NCBI GenBank assembly: GCA_017553625.1
Contig: JAFZKP010000013.1
Span: 374-64,373, forward strand
DNA length: 64,000 nt
Reading direction: 5' to 3'
Source of the DNA: Bacteroidales bacterium
Lineage (GTDB): Bacteria; Bacteroidota; Bacteroidia; Bacteroidales; F082
Shown here piece by piece: positions 55,563 to 63,397 of this stretch. The position numbers and the translations under genes are program-made. The notes beneath the pieces were generated by a model. That model was not told where the DNA came from. It did not search any database and saw only the letters and a list, made by a program, of their open reading frames with translations. How positions within the stretch are numbered: position 1 is the first letter of the stretch; each line of letters opens with the position of its first letter.

Positions 55563-58505
55563 TTAGACTTTAGAAGTTTTTAATAATTCATTGTAAATAA
55601 ATACAGCAAACAATCCTGCGGTGCTTGAACCGAACAACGGCTCAGTGCCAAGCGTAATTTGCTTGCCATTCCTTTTTCCGTATGATGCCCAGCAGACAAT
55701 AAGTGTCTCTCCATCTGATAGTACACACCACCCGTCTTTACCGCCTCTCCAATTTGACTTGCCGGAGCTTGTGCCAGTTTTGGAGTAGAAAGTTTTATAT
55801 TTAGGAAGTTTATTGCGGTGCTCTTGCATTGTGCCGGTTTTGATTGTTTCAGACAAAGCGTCTTTAATCACATTAATACTATTGGTTACCCAAATGCGTT
55901 TTGTGAAATTTGCAGTGTCATAAAGACATTCCGCTTGAAGTTTAATCCTTATGCCATCATTAAATATGGTTTGGTAAAGCTGAGCGATATCAAATACTGT
56001 CATATGGCGGTTTCCCAAAGGGTAATTATAGGTGTCGGAACACAAGTCCTTATGAGGCATGATGCCAATTGATTCGTATGCCGATTCAACGCTCTCGAAT
56101 ACTGGCTTGGGAGACATGACATCACATATATTGACAAATGGCGCATTCAAACTCTGCGATAGTATTGTCTTGATTGATACTTGTTTGTTTTTCCATGGAT
56201 GGGTTGCATTGGCTGGTGTCTTCCTTTTTCCGACTTTACCATCGAAAAGAGTAAGATTTTGAGAGGCTACTTTACGGAGCATTTCAAGTATTATTGCCGG
56301 TTTTCCCAATGATCCAATAGGAAAACCTTGTCCGAAATCGTTATAATCAACTAATCCTGATGAATAATGACCGATAACATGACCAGTTTTGACATCAATC
56401 ACCATAGCGGCAACCTGAAGTTCACTTCCGTTTTTATAGTACACCTTGGAAGACTTCAATTTGTTGTAAGCCTTTAATAAAGCATTCTCGTTTTGCAGAG
56501 AGATATATGTGTTGTGGCGCTCAGCAGATTTGAAATGCTTCTTAATGTATGAACGTGTGCCGGTGGAAATGTCGCTGTTGTATGGACGATTAACAAAATG
56601 GATATCGCAACTGTTCATTTCATTATACTCTGATTTTTTGATAAGCCCTCGGTTTTTCCACTGTTTTGCCATATCAATTGTCTCGCTTTTGGCTTTTGAT
56701 GAATCAACCTGGTAGCCTGAATGAGGCAAAGTCCTGACAAGATACATTTGTTCTAGTTGGTTCAAACTGCCGACAGGCTTGCCAAAAGCAAACAGCGATG
56801 CTGCATTTAGACCACGATACCCTCTGCCACCATGGAAACAAGCCACATTAATGTAGTCAGTCATTATTTGTTCTGGCGTTTCGGTCAATGATAACATATA
56901 ACCGCCAATCTGATCAGTGGTTTTACGTGCCAAATCTCTTGGGAAGCCAGAAGCATCGATATAAGTTAAATTTTTGATAACCTGTGAGTTGATATTACTA
57001 CCGCCACGACCGGCAAAGAAAGATGCGAGAGAAATTCCATGCCAGTTGGATTTGTTTGGGAACCAGGAGTTTTGCCTGAAGAAACCTCTGTCTTCCTGTG
57101 TTGTGATGCATTTTTTTACAAAATCGGGTATTTCATTATATTCTAACGGAACATAGTAAAAATCGTGTTCGTCGTCGAGCCATAGAACATCTCCATTTGT
57201 ATCGATGACACATGAGTTGTTCTTGTATATACGGATACAATCAAGCTTTTTAGGAAACACAGTGATTGTGATAAAGGTGAACAAGATTATTCCGAAGGCA
57301 AGAGCTGATGATTTACCAAACGATATCGAAACTGTTTTGAAATAATTGGTGATTCTGCTAAATGGCATGTAAAGACTATCATTATTTCTAATGCTGGAGA
57401 TAACCGAACCTATTAAAAGAGGAATAAAATATCCCAAGACAACAGCGGCAAATATAACGGCTGCGATGAACAACGTGGTCAGCAAGAACATAAACATGTA
57501 TTTGGCTTTGAAAACCGTGAACAACAGAAGCAATAAGGCTGAAATGCCACCGACAATTTGTGTGGTTCGTTTGTTGATGCGTATATTATAAGGTGTCGCC
57601 AGTAGTGGCAAATCTCTGTTGGTATCAAAAAGAATTGTTGCGAGGTAATTCCAGCAGTGTGCGAAAAATTTTCGTAGAATCAGGTACACGACAGCCATCA
57701 CCAATATTGACGTTATTACAAGTGATAAGTCGTTGCGAAGCCACTGAAGTCCGATGAAATTAGGAATACTTAACATCAAACTGACCATATAAGAAACTGC
57801 GAGCATCAACCATGGTGTGCCCAAGACTTTACGCTCGACATTGCTGGTTATAATGTATTTCTTAATAGAAGATTCCAACATGGCGGTGTTGGTTTTATAT
57901 GTTTTCACCCAGTAGATTGCCAAAAAATAAAGGATATATGAAAGATTGTTCAAGATGGTGAATACCAAATTGGCAGTCATATTCAATCCGTTGATTTTTT
58001 GGATGTGTAACATGATTTGGATGCCGCATAAAACTATTGCTCCGGCTATGCCAAACAAAAACATGTCGCTTTCGGTGTAAACGTCGGTTTTGAAACGTTT
58101 GTTCATAGCGGTGAAGAAACCGTATATGCTATGTGTAAGGATGAGCGTCGCTATCAGTTTGACCAGTGGCGATAAGAAAAGCCATAGGATATGATTGGCA
58201 GGGTTCTGCGTCTCGCTATACAGGGAAAACACTCCGCGAAGCATAATGCCGAATTGAGTGATGTCGTTAGAAAAAATCTCCGCGAATATGGCGGAGACTG
58301 CTAGCTCGGCAGCCCCCGCACATAATGCGGCAACAACAATGATAATAACACTAACACATAACTCTGCATAAAACACCGTCCTATGATTCGAAAAAGTCTC
58401 TTTAATATGCTTACATGTCAAACGCACGGTGTCTTTTATAAGATTCCCTAATAATATTAGAAATATTACTAATGAAAACAGGGAGATTATAATGATACTT
58501 TTCAT
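55563..58505 (-). CDS. Class A penicillin-binding-protein-like (GT51 + transpeptidase) fused to ~400-aa polytopic N-terminal membrane domain
   Basis: 980 aa with about ten hydrophobic segments in residues 1-410. GT51 motifs are 'TQEDRGFF', 'GGSNINSQVIKN' and 'RKTTD'. Transpeptidase motifs are 'GSLGKP' (SxxK), 'SLN' (SxN) and 'KTGTS'. Confidence 0.75.
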   Translation of the reverse strand: MKSIIIISLFSLVIFLILLGNLIKDTVRLTCKHIKETFSNHRTVFYAELCVSVIIIVVAALCAGAAELAVSAIFAEIFSNDITQFGIMLRGVFSLYSETQNPANHILWLFLSPLVKLIATLILTHSIYGFFTAMNKRFKTDVYTESDMFLFGIAGAIVLCGIQIMLHIQKINGLNMTANLVFTILNNLSYILYFLAIYWVKTYKTNTAMLESSIKKYIITSNVERKVLGTPWLMLAVSYMVSLMLSIPNFIGLQWLRNDLSLVITSILVMAVVYLILRKFFAHCWNYLATILFDTNRDLPLLATPYNIRINKRTTQIVGGISALLLLLFTVFKAKYMFMFLLTTLFIAAVIFAAVVLGYFIPLLIGSVISSIRNNDSLYMPFSRITNYFKTVSISFGKSSALAFGIILFTFITITVFPKKLDCIRIYKNNSCVIDTNGDVLWLDDEHDFYYVPLEYNEIPDFVKKCITTQEDRGFFRQNSWFPNKSNWHGISLASFFAGRGGSNINSQVIKNLTYIDASGFPRDLARKTTDQIGGYMLSLTETPEQIMTDYINVACFHGGRGYRGLNAASLFAFGKPVGSLNQLEQMYLVRTLPHSGYQVDSSKAKSETIDMAKQWKNRGLIKKSEYNEMNSCDIHFVNRPYNSDISTGTRSYIKKHFKSAERHNTYISLQNENALLKAYNKLKSSKVYYKNGSELQVAAMVIDVKTGHVIGHYSSGLVDYNDFGQGFPIGSLGKPAIILEMLRKVASQNLTLFDGKVGKRKTPANATHPWKNKQVSIKTILSQSLNAPFVNICDVMSPKPVFESVESAYESIGIMPHKDLCSDTYNYPLGNRHMTVFDIAQLYQTIFNDGIRIKLQAECLYDTANFTKRIWVTNSINVIKDALSETIKTGTMQEHRNKLPKYKTFYSKTGTSSGKSNWRGGKDGWCVLSDGETLIVCWASYGKRNGKQITLGTEPLFGSSTAGLFAVFIYNELLKTSKV

Positions 58506-58523
58506 GTTTATCGGAATTAAAGA

Positions 58524-59303
58524 TTATTTGGCCTTGAAACTTTGAACATTTTGACTAAGATTGTCACAAAATTTATATTCTTTAATCCCAATCTTATCAA
58601 ACAATTTGCTGTAAAAGCGCTTTAAATCGGCTTTTTTAACACCTTCTTCAGATGTCATCAGATAAAACCGCACTTTAGGTTGAATTTCTCTTATTTTTAT
58701 GACAGCTTCCTGAAGGAGATAAGGGTCAATTTTTTCGTAATATTTCTCGAATGCTTCATCGCTATAAGGGATGCTTTTATAAAAGTTCGCAGCATCCGAA
58801 TATTCTACTCCATCACTGAATATCATAATATATGATGTGGAATCAGCGGTTAACTCTATCATTGATTTAAGTAGCACATCCACAATGGGAGAACGTTTCT
58901 GTTTGGTGGCTGCAATCGATTTTCCAGCCGTTAGTTGTTTGTCAATCATCTGCATGATATTGTTAGCTTTCCGGATTTCAGCGGCCTTATTATTTGGAAT
59001 CTTGCTTTTCTGTGGCAAAGCGATAGATTCAGTCGTCAACAACAAGTTACCTGTTGATTCAATAAAGCCAAATTTCATCGTAAAACGTTGATTATAATCT
59101 ATTGTAGCAATCCCAGTGGTTTGAAGGAATTTCGGAAGATTAGTGTGAATGTCATTGTATATGTCATTATACTGACTTTCTGAAGTGCAGTCAACAAGCA
59201 TGGTAACACTTGTGTGGCTAACTATTGTATCTTGATTGGCAGAGCTGCAGCTTGATAAAATAATTTGAGACAGCAGCATGGTTATGATTATGAGCTTTTT
59301 CAT
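58524..59303 (-). CDS. Hypothetical lipoprotein (possible vWA-like fold)
   Basis: 259 aa with lipoprotein signal 'LLSQIILSSCSS'. 'MLVDCTSES' and 'IMIFSDGVE' resemble MIDAS-containing strands. Weak, by eye. Confidence 0.55.
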   Translation of the reverse strand: MKKLIIITMLLSQIILSSCSSANQDTIVSHTSVTMLVDCTSESQYNDIYNDIHTNLPKFLQTTGIATIDYNQRFTMKFGFIESTGNLLLTTESIALPQKSKIPNNKAAEIRKANNIMQMIDKQLTAGKSIAATKQKRSPIVDVLLKSMIELTADSTSYIMIFSDGVEYSDAANFYKSIPYSDEAFEKYYEKIDPYLLQEAVIKIREIQPKVRFYLMTSEEGVKKADLKRFYSKLFDKIGIKEYKFCDNLSQNVQSFKAK

Positions 59304-59315
59304 GGTTATAAAGTA

Positions 59316-60539
59316 TTAGTCGTTATTGTAATAATGTTTAATGTCATCGAGAGTCCATTCTTCATACACAATCTCATCCTCTGGAATATCTTTCATGTCG
59401 TGTAACATTCTTTTACGCATGCTACGATTGTCGCACATGATGTGAAGCTGTTTCTGGTACGAGTCTTTGAGCCGCATGCAAATAGCGTCACGCTCTTCTG
59501 TTTTTCTATCGATGGCTTCTTTTATTTCTGACAAAAGATTAAATATCTCCAGCAGGCAACTTAAATAAGTATTATTAATCTCATCTTTTATCGTTTGTTC
59601 AGATAAAAACTCTTCTTCCATCATTTCGTTATGCACCTTGACTTCTATCAATCTCTTATCTCTGAATGATAATTCTTGTGATTCTTCTTGGACTTTTCCA
59701 ATATGAGCTGTGTCGGCCTTATTGCCGATTACATCACAAATAACTCCAGTAATACAGAAGAATGCCGCCAACATCAATTCTGCAAGTCCTGGGCGATCAA
59801 TGAGTTTTTTGAAAAAACCATCTACATTGACAACCTCCTGTTCATTGCCAAAACTAAATTCTATAGCTGCAATATTTTCTTGAGCGTTCAATGAAATGTA
59901 GATTACATGAAACATAGTGACTAAACTAAGTGCAATGGTTGATATAAGCATTACTTGGACAATCTTGTTCCCGTTTCGTTTATGCAACCAATGAAGCAAT
60001 GCGGATATGCCGAAAATTGCCAATACAATAACAAAACGTAAAATAATCTCCATAGTACTCAAAACTTCGTGCTGAAGAGAGTAAGTGGCAAAGTATGTGA
60101 TGATCTCCAGTCCCAAAGTAACCAAAAGCAAAATTCCAAAACTACTAAAATTTTTCTTTTTAGAACCAGTTTTAAGTTGTTGAGACTCTTTTGCATAAGT
60201 AGTAGTTAACTTGGAAAGAAATCTCTCTGTTTTTTTGCCTTCAGAAAGCTTTTCACTGATTGCTTCAATTTTCTGATTGTGTCTTTCGACATTGAGATTA
60301 TATATCTCTGTCTTCTTGTTAAAATCATCTGCAATAGAAGATACCTGCTTGCGTAATTCTACGTTTTCAGTATCTATACGACGTATTTCTTTTTTCTGTG
60401 ATTCAATTTCCGGTGAAAAGGAATCAAGTTGTGCATTTTCACCTATAGTATTAATCCTTATTCCATTCTCATCTCTGGACGGAGCTTGACCTGAATCAAT
60501 GTCTTGAAGAGCCAGGTCTATTTGGTTTGCGTGTGTCAT
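59316..60539 (-). CDS. Membrane protein with flanking coiled coils (4 hydrophobic segments)
   Basis: 407 aa. N-terminal and C-terminal heptad-like K/E-rich regions flank 'FGILLLVTLGLEIITYF', 'FVIVLAIFGISALLHWL', 'VMLISTIALSLVTMFHVIYI' and 'LMLAAFFCITGVICDVI'. Confidence 0.65.
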   Translation of the reverse strand: MTHANQIDLALQDIDSGQAPSRDENGIRINTIGENAQLDSFSPEIESQKKEIRRIDTENVELRKQVSSIADDFNKKTEIYNLNVERHNQKIEAISEKLSEGKKTERFLSKLTTTYAKESQQLKTGSKKKNFSSFGILLLVTLGLEIITYFATYSLQHEVLSTMEIILRFVIVLAIFGISALLHWLHKRNGNKIVQVMLISTIALSLVTMFHVIYISLNAQENIAAIEFSFGNEQEVVNVDGFFKKLIDRPGLAELMLAAFFCITGVICDVIGNKADTAHIGKVQEESQELSFRDKRLIEVKVHNEMMEEEFLSEQTIKDEINNTYLSCLLEIFNLLSEIKEAIDRKTEERDAICMRLKDSYQKQLHIMCDNRSMRKRMLHDMKDIPEDEIVYEEWTLDDIKHYYNND

Positions 60540-60565
60540 AGTGTATTGTTGTTAAGTGGTTATTG

Positions 60566-60709
60566 TTAGTTGTTTGTTAGTGTGTTGAGTAACAGAATTA
60601 CCTTCTGTTGGGTGACGGAGATTTTCTCTTCGAGCGCAATACGTTGCGCTTTCTGTTTAGGTGATTCGAGGTCACCTAATTCCTGTTGGTAGTTAATTGT
60701 TGTCTTCAT
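60566..60709 (-). CDS. Small ORF (47 aa) at head of the operon
   Basis: My translation gives MKTTINYQQELGDLESPKQKAQRIALEEKISVTQQKVILLLNTLTNN. A -7 box lies 28 nt upstream. It is below the track size cut-off. Confidence 0.35.
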   Translation of the reverse strand: MKTTINYQQELGDLESPKQKAQRIALEEKISVTQQKVILLLNTLTNN

Positions 60710-60736
60710 ATGTCTAAATTATTATTGTTGCGATTG

Positions 60737-60744
60737 CAAAGATA
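60737..60744 (-). promoter_or_regulatory. Bacteroidetes -7 promoter box (TATCTTTG) for the 60.7->52.1 kb operon
   Basis: Plus 'caaagata'. The genes downstream are separated by only 5-36 nt. Confidence 0.5.
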
Positions 60745-61589
60745 ATGTCAAAAATCAGCTTGTACTATATAGTATCATTATAGTATAAAATCTCCAAATT
60801 TTAAATAATAAAAAACTACGTTTATATAAGGTTTGTGGTTTGTGCTGGTAGTATATGTACCTATGATTATCATGATTAATAATCCCCAAGTATGTTACCA
60901 TAAAAATTGAAAAGTATAGCACTTTGTAATCATCCGCGGCTTGATGGTTTCTGCTCAATACAATGTCCCGTTTAGCCGCTTTTCAAATGTTTCGTATTTT
61001 GGTTCTTGCTTCTATACAATGTTCACGTTGCAATTGTGAGTGTGTAGGCGGGAAAGCGGTGTTCGCTTCCGCGCTGCCTTAAAAGCCTTTTTGCCCCCTG
61101 CAAGGGTATAACAAGCGTCGCTAAAAAAATCTCCACACCTCCGCTTCGCTCCGGGTAGTATTTTTTTGCGCCGCCCTTGCATGGGGTCTCACGTTTTGTG
61201 TCTCTGCACAATAGTAGGCTTTCGTCTCGCGCCCATGTTATCGTTTCAATTGAACGCACTTCAAAAAGGCTTTTAGGCGGCAGCTTGGTCGCTCACTCGG
61301 GGCTGCCTCTCGGCTGGGGATGCTGCAAAATTTGCTTGTCCCTGCATCTTTTCATGTCAAGGCATAACTCAACGCCACTGCATCCAAATCCCAGCCGCCA
61401 CCCCCTTGTGTTAAAGCGCGCCGCCCGGTGCGCCCAGCGGTGTCAAAAATTCTTTGGCGCATTGAAAGTTCCTGCACAAATTCAATGTACACGGGCGCCA
61501 AAAATTTTTGCCACTAACCGCCAGTCGCCCTCCCTTAGCAGGTCCGGGCTTCTCCTGGCGGCGCTGGTCGCAGCGCGCGTCGCGCGCAA

Positions 61590-61636
61590 CCCCCAGAAAA
61601 AACGTCTCCACCTCCGTTCCGCCGTTTTTCTGGGGG
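61590..61636. other. Strong hairpin in noncoding GC-rich region
   Basis: 'cccccagaaaaaacg' pairs with 'cgtttttctggggg' (one bulge) around an 18-nt loop. Confidence 0.6.
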
Positions 61637-61755
61637 CGCCTCATTGTCATTCGGCGGCGTGCGCAAAGCGACCTCACTTGAGCTGCGTCCGGTCATTCCA
61701 TTTCCCTTCCTTGCCCAGACCCACATGTTTTTTAGCGTCCTCTCCTCTTGATTGT

Positions 61756-61806
61756 TTCCGAGTAAATCCCGAGTTCTCTTAGTTCTCTGAGTGCTCCGAG
61801 TTTTTT
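61756..61806 (+). repeat. Copy 1 of ~48-bp direct repeat (TTCCGAG.AATCCCGAGTTCTCTTAGT.CT..GAGTGCTCCGA)
   Basis: Aligns with 62176..62223 with only a few mismatches and one indel. Confidence 0.8.
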
Positions 61807-62175
61807 AGTCCCTGCTCAATTCATCGTTTACGGCTTCTATACAATGCCGCAGCATCAGTATAGCGACAGCCGTATCCCAAAGGGAACCCTCGCCTGACGC
61901 TACACTCATGCTGCTTCCGGGCAACACAATGCGTCACTTTTTGGTTCTCGGCTTCTATTGAAAGTTCCTGCTCCAAGGCAAAATCTTTCGTTCCGCTCAT
62001 CGTCTAACTCCGCTCCGCTCCATTAGACGCTTCACTTCACTCAAGAATTTGCCGACAGTGTTGCGTCCCCACCCAACCCGCCCTTTTAGATGCGGCATCT
62101 TTTTGAAAACGTCAATAAATTCAAGTGTTTTCGTTTGTTTTGGTATTTCTTTTTGACTGTAAACCTATTCCAGGA

Positions 62176-62223
62176 TTCCGAGCAATCCCGAGTTCTCTTA
62201 GTCCTCCGAGTGCTCCGATTTTT
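62176..62223 (+). repeat. Copy 2 of ~48-bp direct repeat
   Basis: See 61756..61806. Confidence 0.8.
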
Positions 62224-62506
62224 AAGGAAAAAACTGATTGATTGGTGATTCAAAAATTCAAAAAAACATGCAAAATTAGCTCGTTCCGCTTGTCCGTCAA
62301 GGTCAAGCCCTTCGGGTTGCTTCGGGAAAAATCTTCCTTTTCTCCGCTCCTCTGCGAAAAGAGTATTTTTCTCTCGCAAACCTTTGACTGCCTGCGCTTC
62401 TCTTCGCTGGCAAAAAAGCATCTTTTTTTTATTTTTTTGTTTTCATTTCGTTTTGGTGAAAAATTTTAATACAGCTGTCGCAACGTCTGATTTTTCTGAC
62501 CTATCA

Positions 62507-62544
62507 ACTGGAAATCGAGAGCAAAACCTTGAAATCGAAAGCAC
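62507..62544 (+). promoter_or_regulatory. Conserved leader motif, copy 1 (ACTGGAAATCGAGAGCAAA..GAAATCGAAAGCAC)
   Basis: Contains the internal direct half-sites GAAATCGAGAGCA and GAAATCGAAAGCA. It is repeated at 63219..63256 upstream of the next paralogue. Confidence 0.6.
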
Positions 62545-62630
62545 CACAGTCCGACGCCTCATCTCGAACCGCTTTTTTCATTAAAATTGCTCCCTAATCA
62601 CTTTTTATTAACCCTAAAAACATCAAGATT

Positions 62631-63215
62631 ATGGCAAAAAACAAAATCAAAAACAGCGACTGCCCTGGTGACGGCACCATCGGCAAGGTCATCGACTTCA
62701 TCTCAAAGACAGACCAGGAAAAGATTAAGATTGCAAAAGCTTTTCTCTATCCGCTCATCCGACTTCTCAACATCGGTCTGAAGTACGTGGCCAAGAAAAA
62801 GACTCCATACAAGTACGCCGTAACAGAGATGGTGCGTCACGCACTCTCAAGCACAGGCGAAGCCCACGAGTACTTCATCGATTTCTCCAAAATCATCCTC
62901 TCACGTGGCGACCTCACTTCTCCACAGGTCGAAGATGTAAGGTTTACCGGTGGTAAGTGCTTCATCCAGATGAGCGACAACTCCGGCGAGGGTGATGCTC
63001 GTCCCGACGACATCTCCATGCTCCTTTTCTACAATGTCACGAAACTGGAGTTCATCTGCTACCTTCAGGGAGGCACTCGCTCAACCGCTTCTCAACAATA
63101 CGACATCCCCGAGCATTGGGCAGGTGATGTGGTTCATGCCTACATCACCATGAAGTCAGCCGACGGCAAACTTGTCTCCGACTCCCAGTATCTCGGCGAT
63201 TACATCGCCAACTGA
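62631..63215 (+). CDS. Hypothetical protein, paralogue of the downstream DUF6266-like gene
   Basis: 194 aa. The C-terminal half shares a pattern with the next gene ('DNSG.G.A..D..M..YN', 'IP..W.GD.V..Y..M.S.DG'). Confidence 0.7.
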   Translation: MAKNKIKNSDCPGDGTIGKVIDFISKTDQEKIKIAKAFLYPLIRLLNIGLKYVAKKKTPYKYAVTEMVRHALSSTGEAHEYFIDFSKIILSRGDLTSPQVEDVRFTGGKCFIQMSDNSGEGDARPDDISMLLFYNVTKLEFICYLQGGTRSTASQQYDIPEHWAGDVVHAYITMKSADGKLVSDSQYLGDYIAN

Positions 63216-63218
63216 CCG

Positions 63219-63256
63219 ACTGGAAATCGAGAGCAAACCCGAGAAATCGAAAGCAC
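63219..63256 (+). promoter_or_regulatory. Conserved leader motif, copy 2
   Basis: ACTGGAAATCGAGAGCAAACCCGAGAAATCGAAAGCAC, 4 nt after the stop of the 62631 gene and just before a terminator. Confidence 0.6.
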
Positions 63257-63261
63257 ACACA

Positions 63262-63292
63262 ACCGAGGCGAACCAACCGCCTCGGTTTTTTC
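63262..63292 (+). terminator. Rho-independent terminator
   Basis: accgaggcg-aaccaac-cgcctcggt followed by TTTTTT. Confidence 0.75.
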
Positions 63293-63397
63293 GTATTATT
63301 GTGGCGAAACCTGGTCGGAGAGGGGTCAAGTCCATACCAACTCCGTACCAAGGCCGTATAAAACATTATTTATTAACCCTTAAAAACAATTAAAGAA

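Larger units (their letters stand above)
29790..60960. mobile_element. Integrase-headed genomic island (replication/HTH module plus AT-rich cargo); boundaries approximate
   Basis: A tyrosine integrase sits at the left end, followed by excisionase-like HTH genes and primase/helicase-like genes. Sequence turns markedly AT-rich from about 36.6 to 60.9 kb, and GC-rich sequence resumes abruptly near 60.93-60.99 kb. I could not find flanking direct repeats (att sites), a tRNA target or a relaxase. Confidence 0.5.

Noticed and set aside
60760-60930. AGTAT-containing short repeats near the right island edge as counterparts of the left-end AGTACAC repeats
   Set aside because: The shared core is only 4-5 nt in very AT-rich DNA, which is indistinguishable from chance by eye.
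60755-60958. 67-aa minus-strand ORF at the island's right edge
   Set aside because: It is an AT-rich, low-complexity translation lying upstream of the operon promoter, with no motif support.
61023-62584. ORFs in the GC-rich region (61177..61782 +, 61411..61677 -, 61535..61726 -, 62086..62421 -, 62242..62469 +, 62384..62584 +)
   Set aside because: They are extremely R/S/P/A/L-rich, overlap each other on both strands, several use non-ATG starts, and none has a promoter or RBS context. I treat the region as noncoding pending a search.
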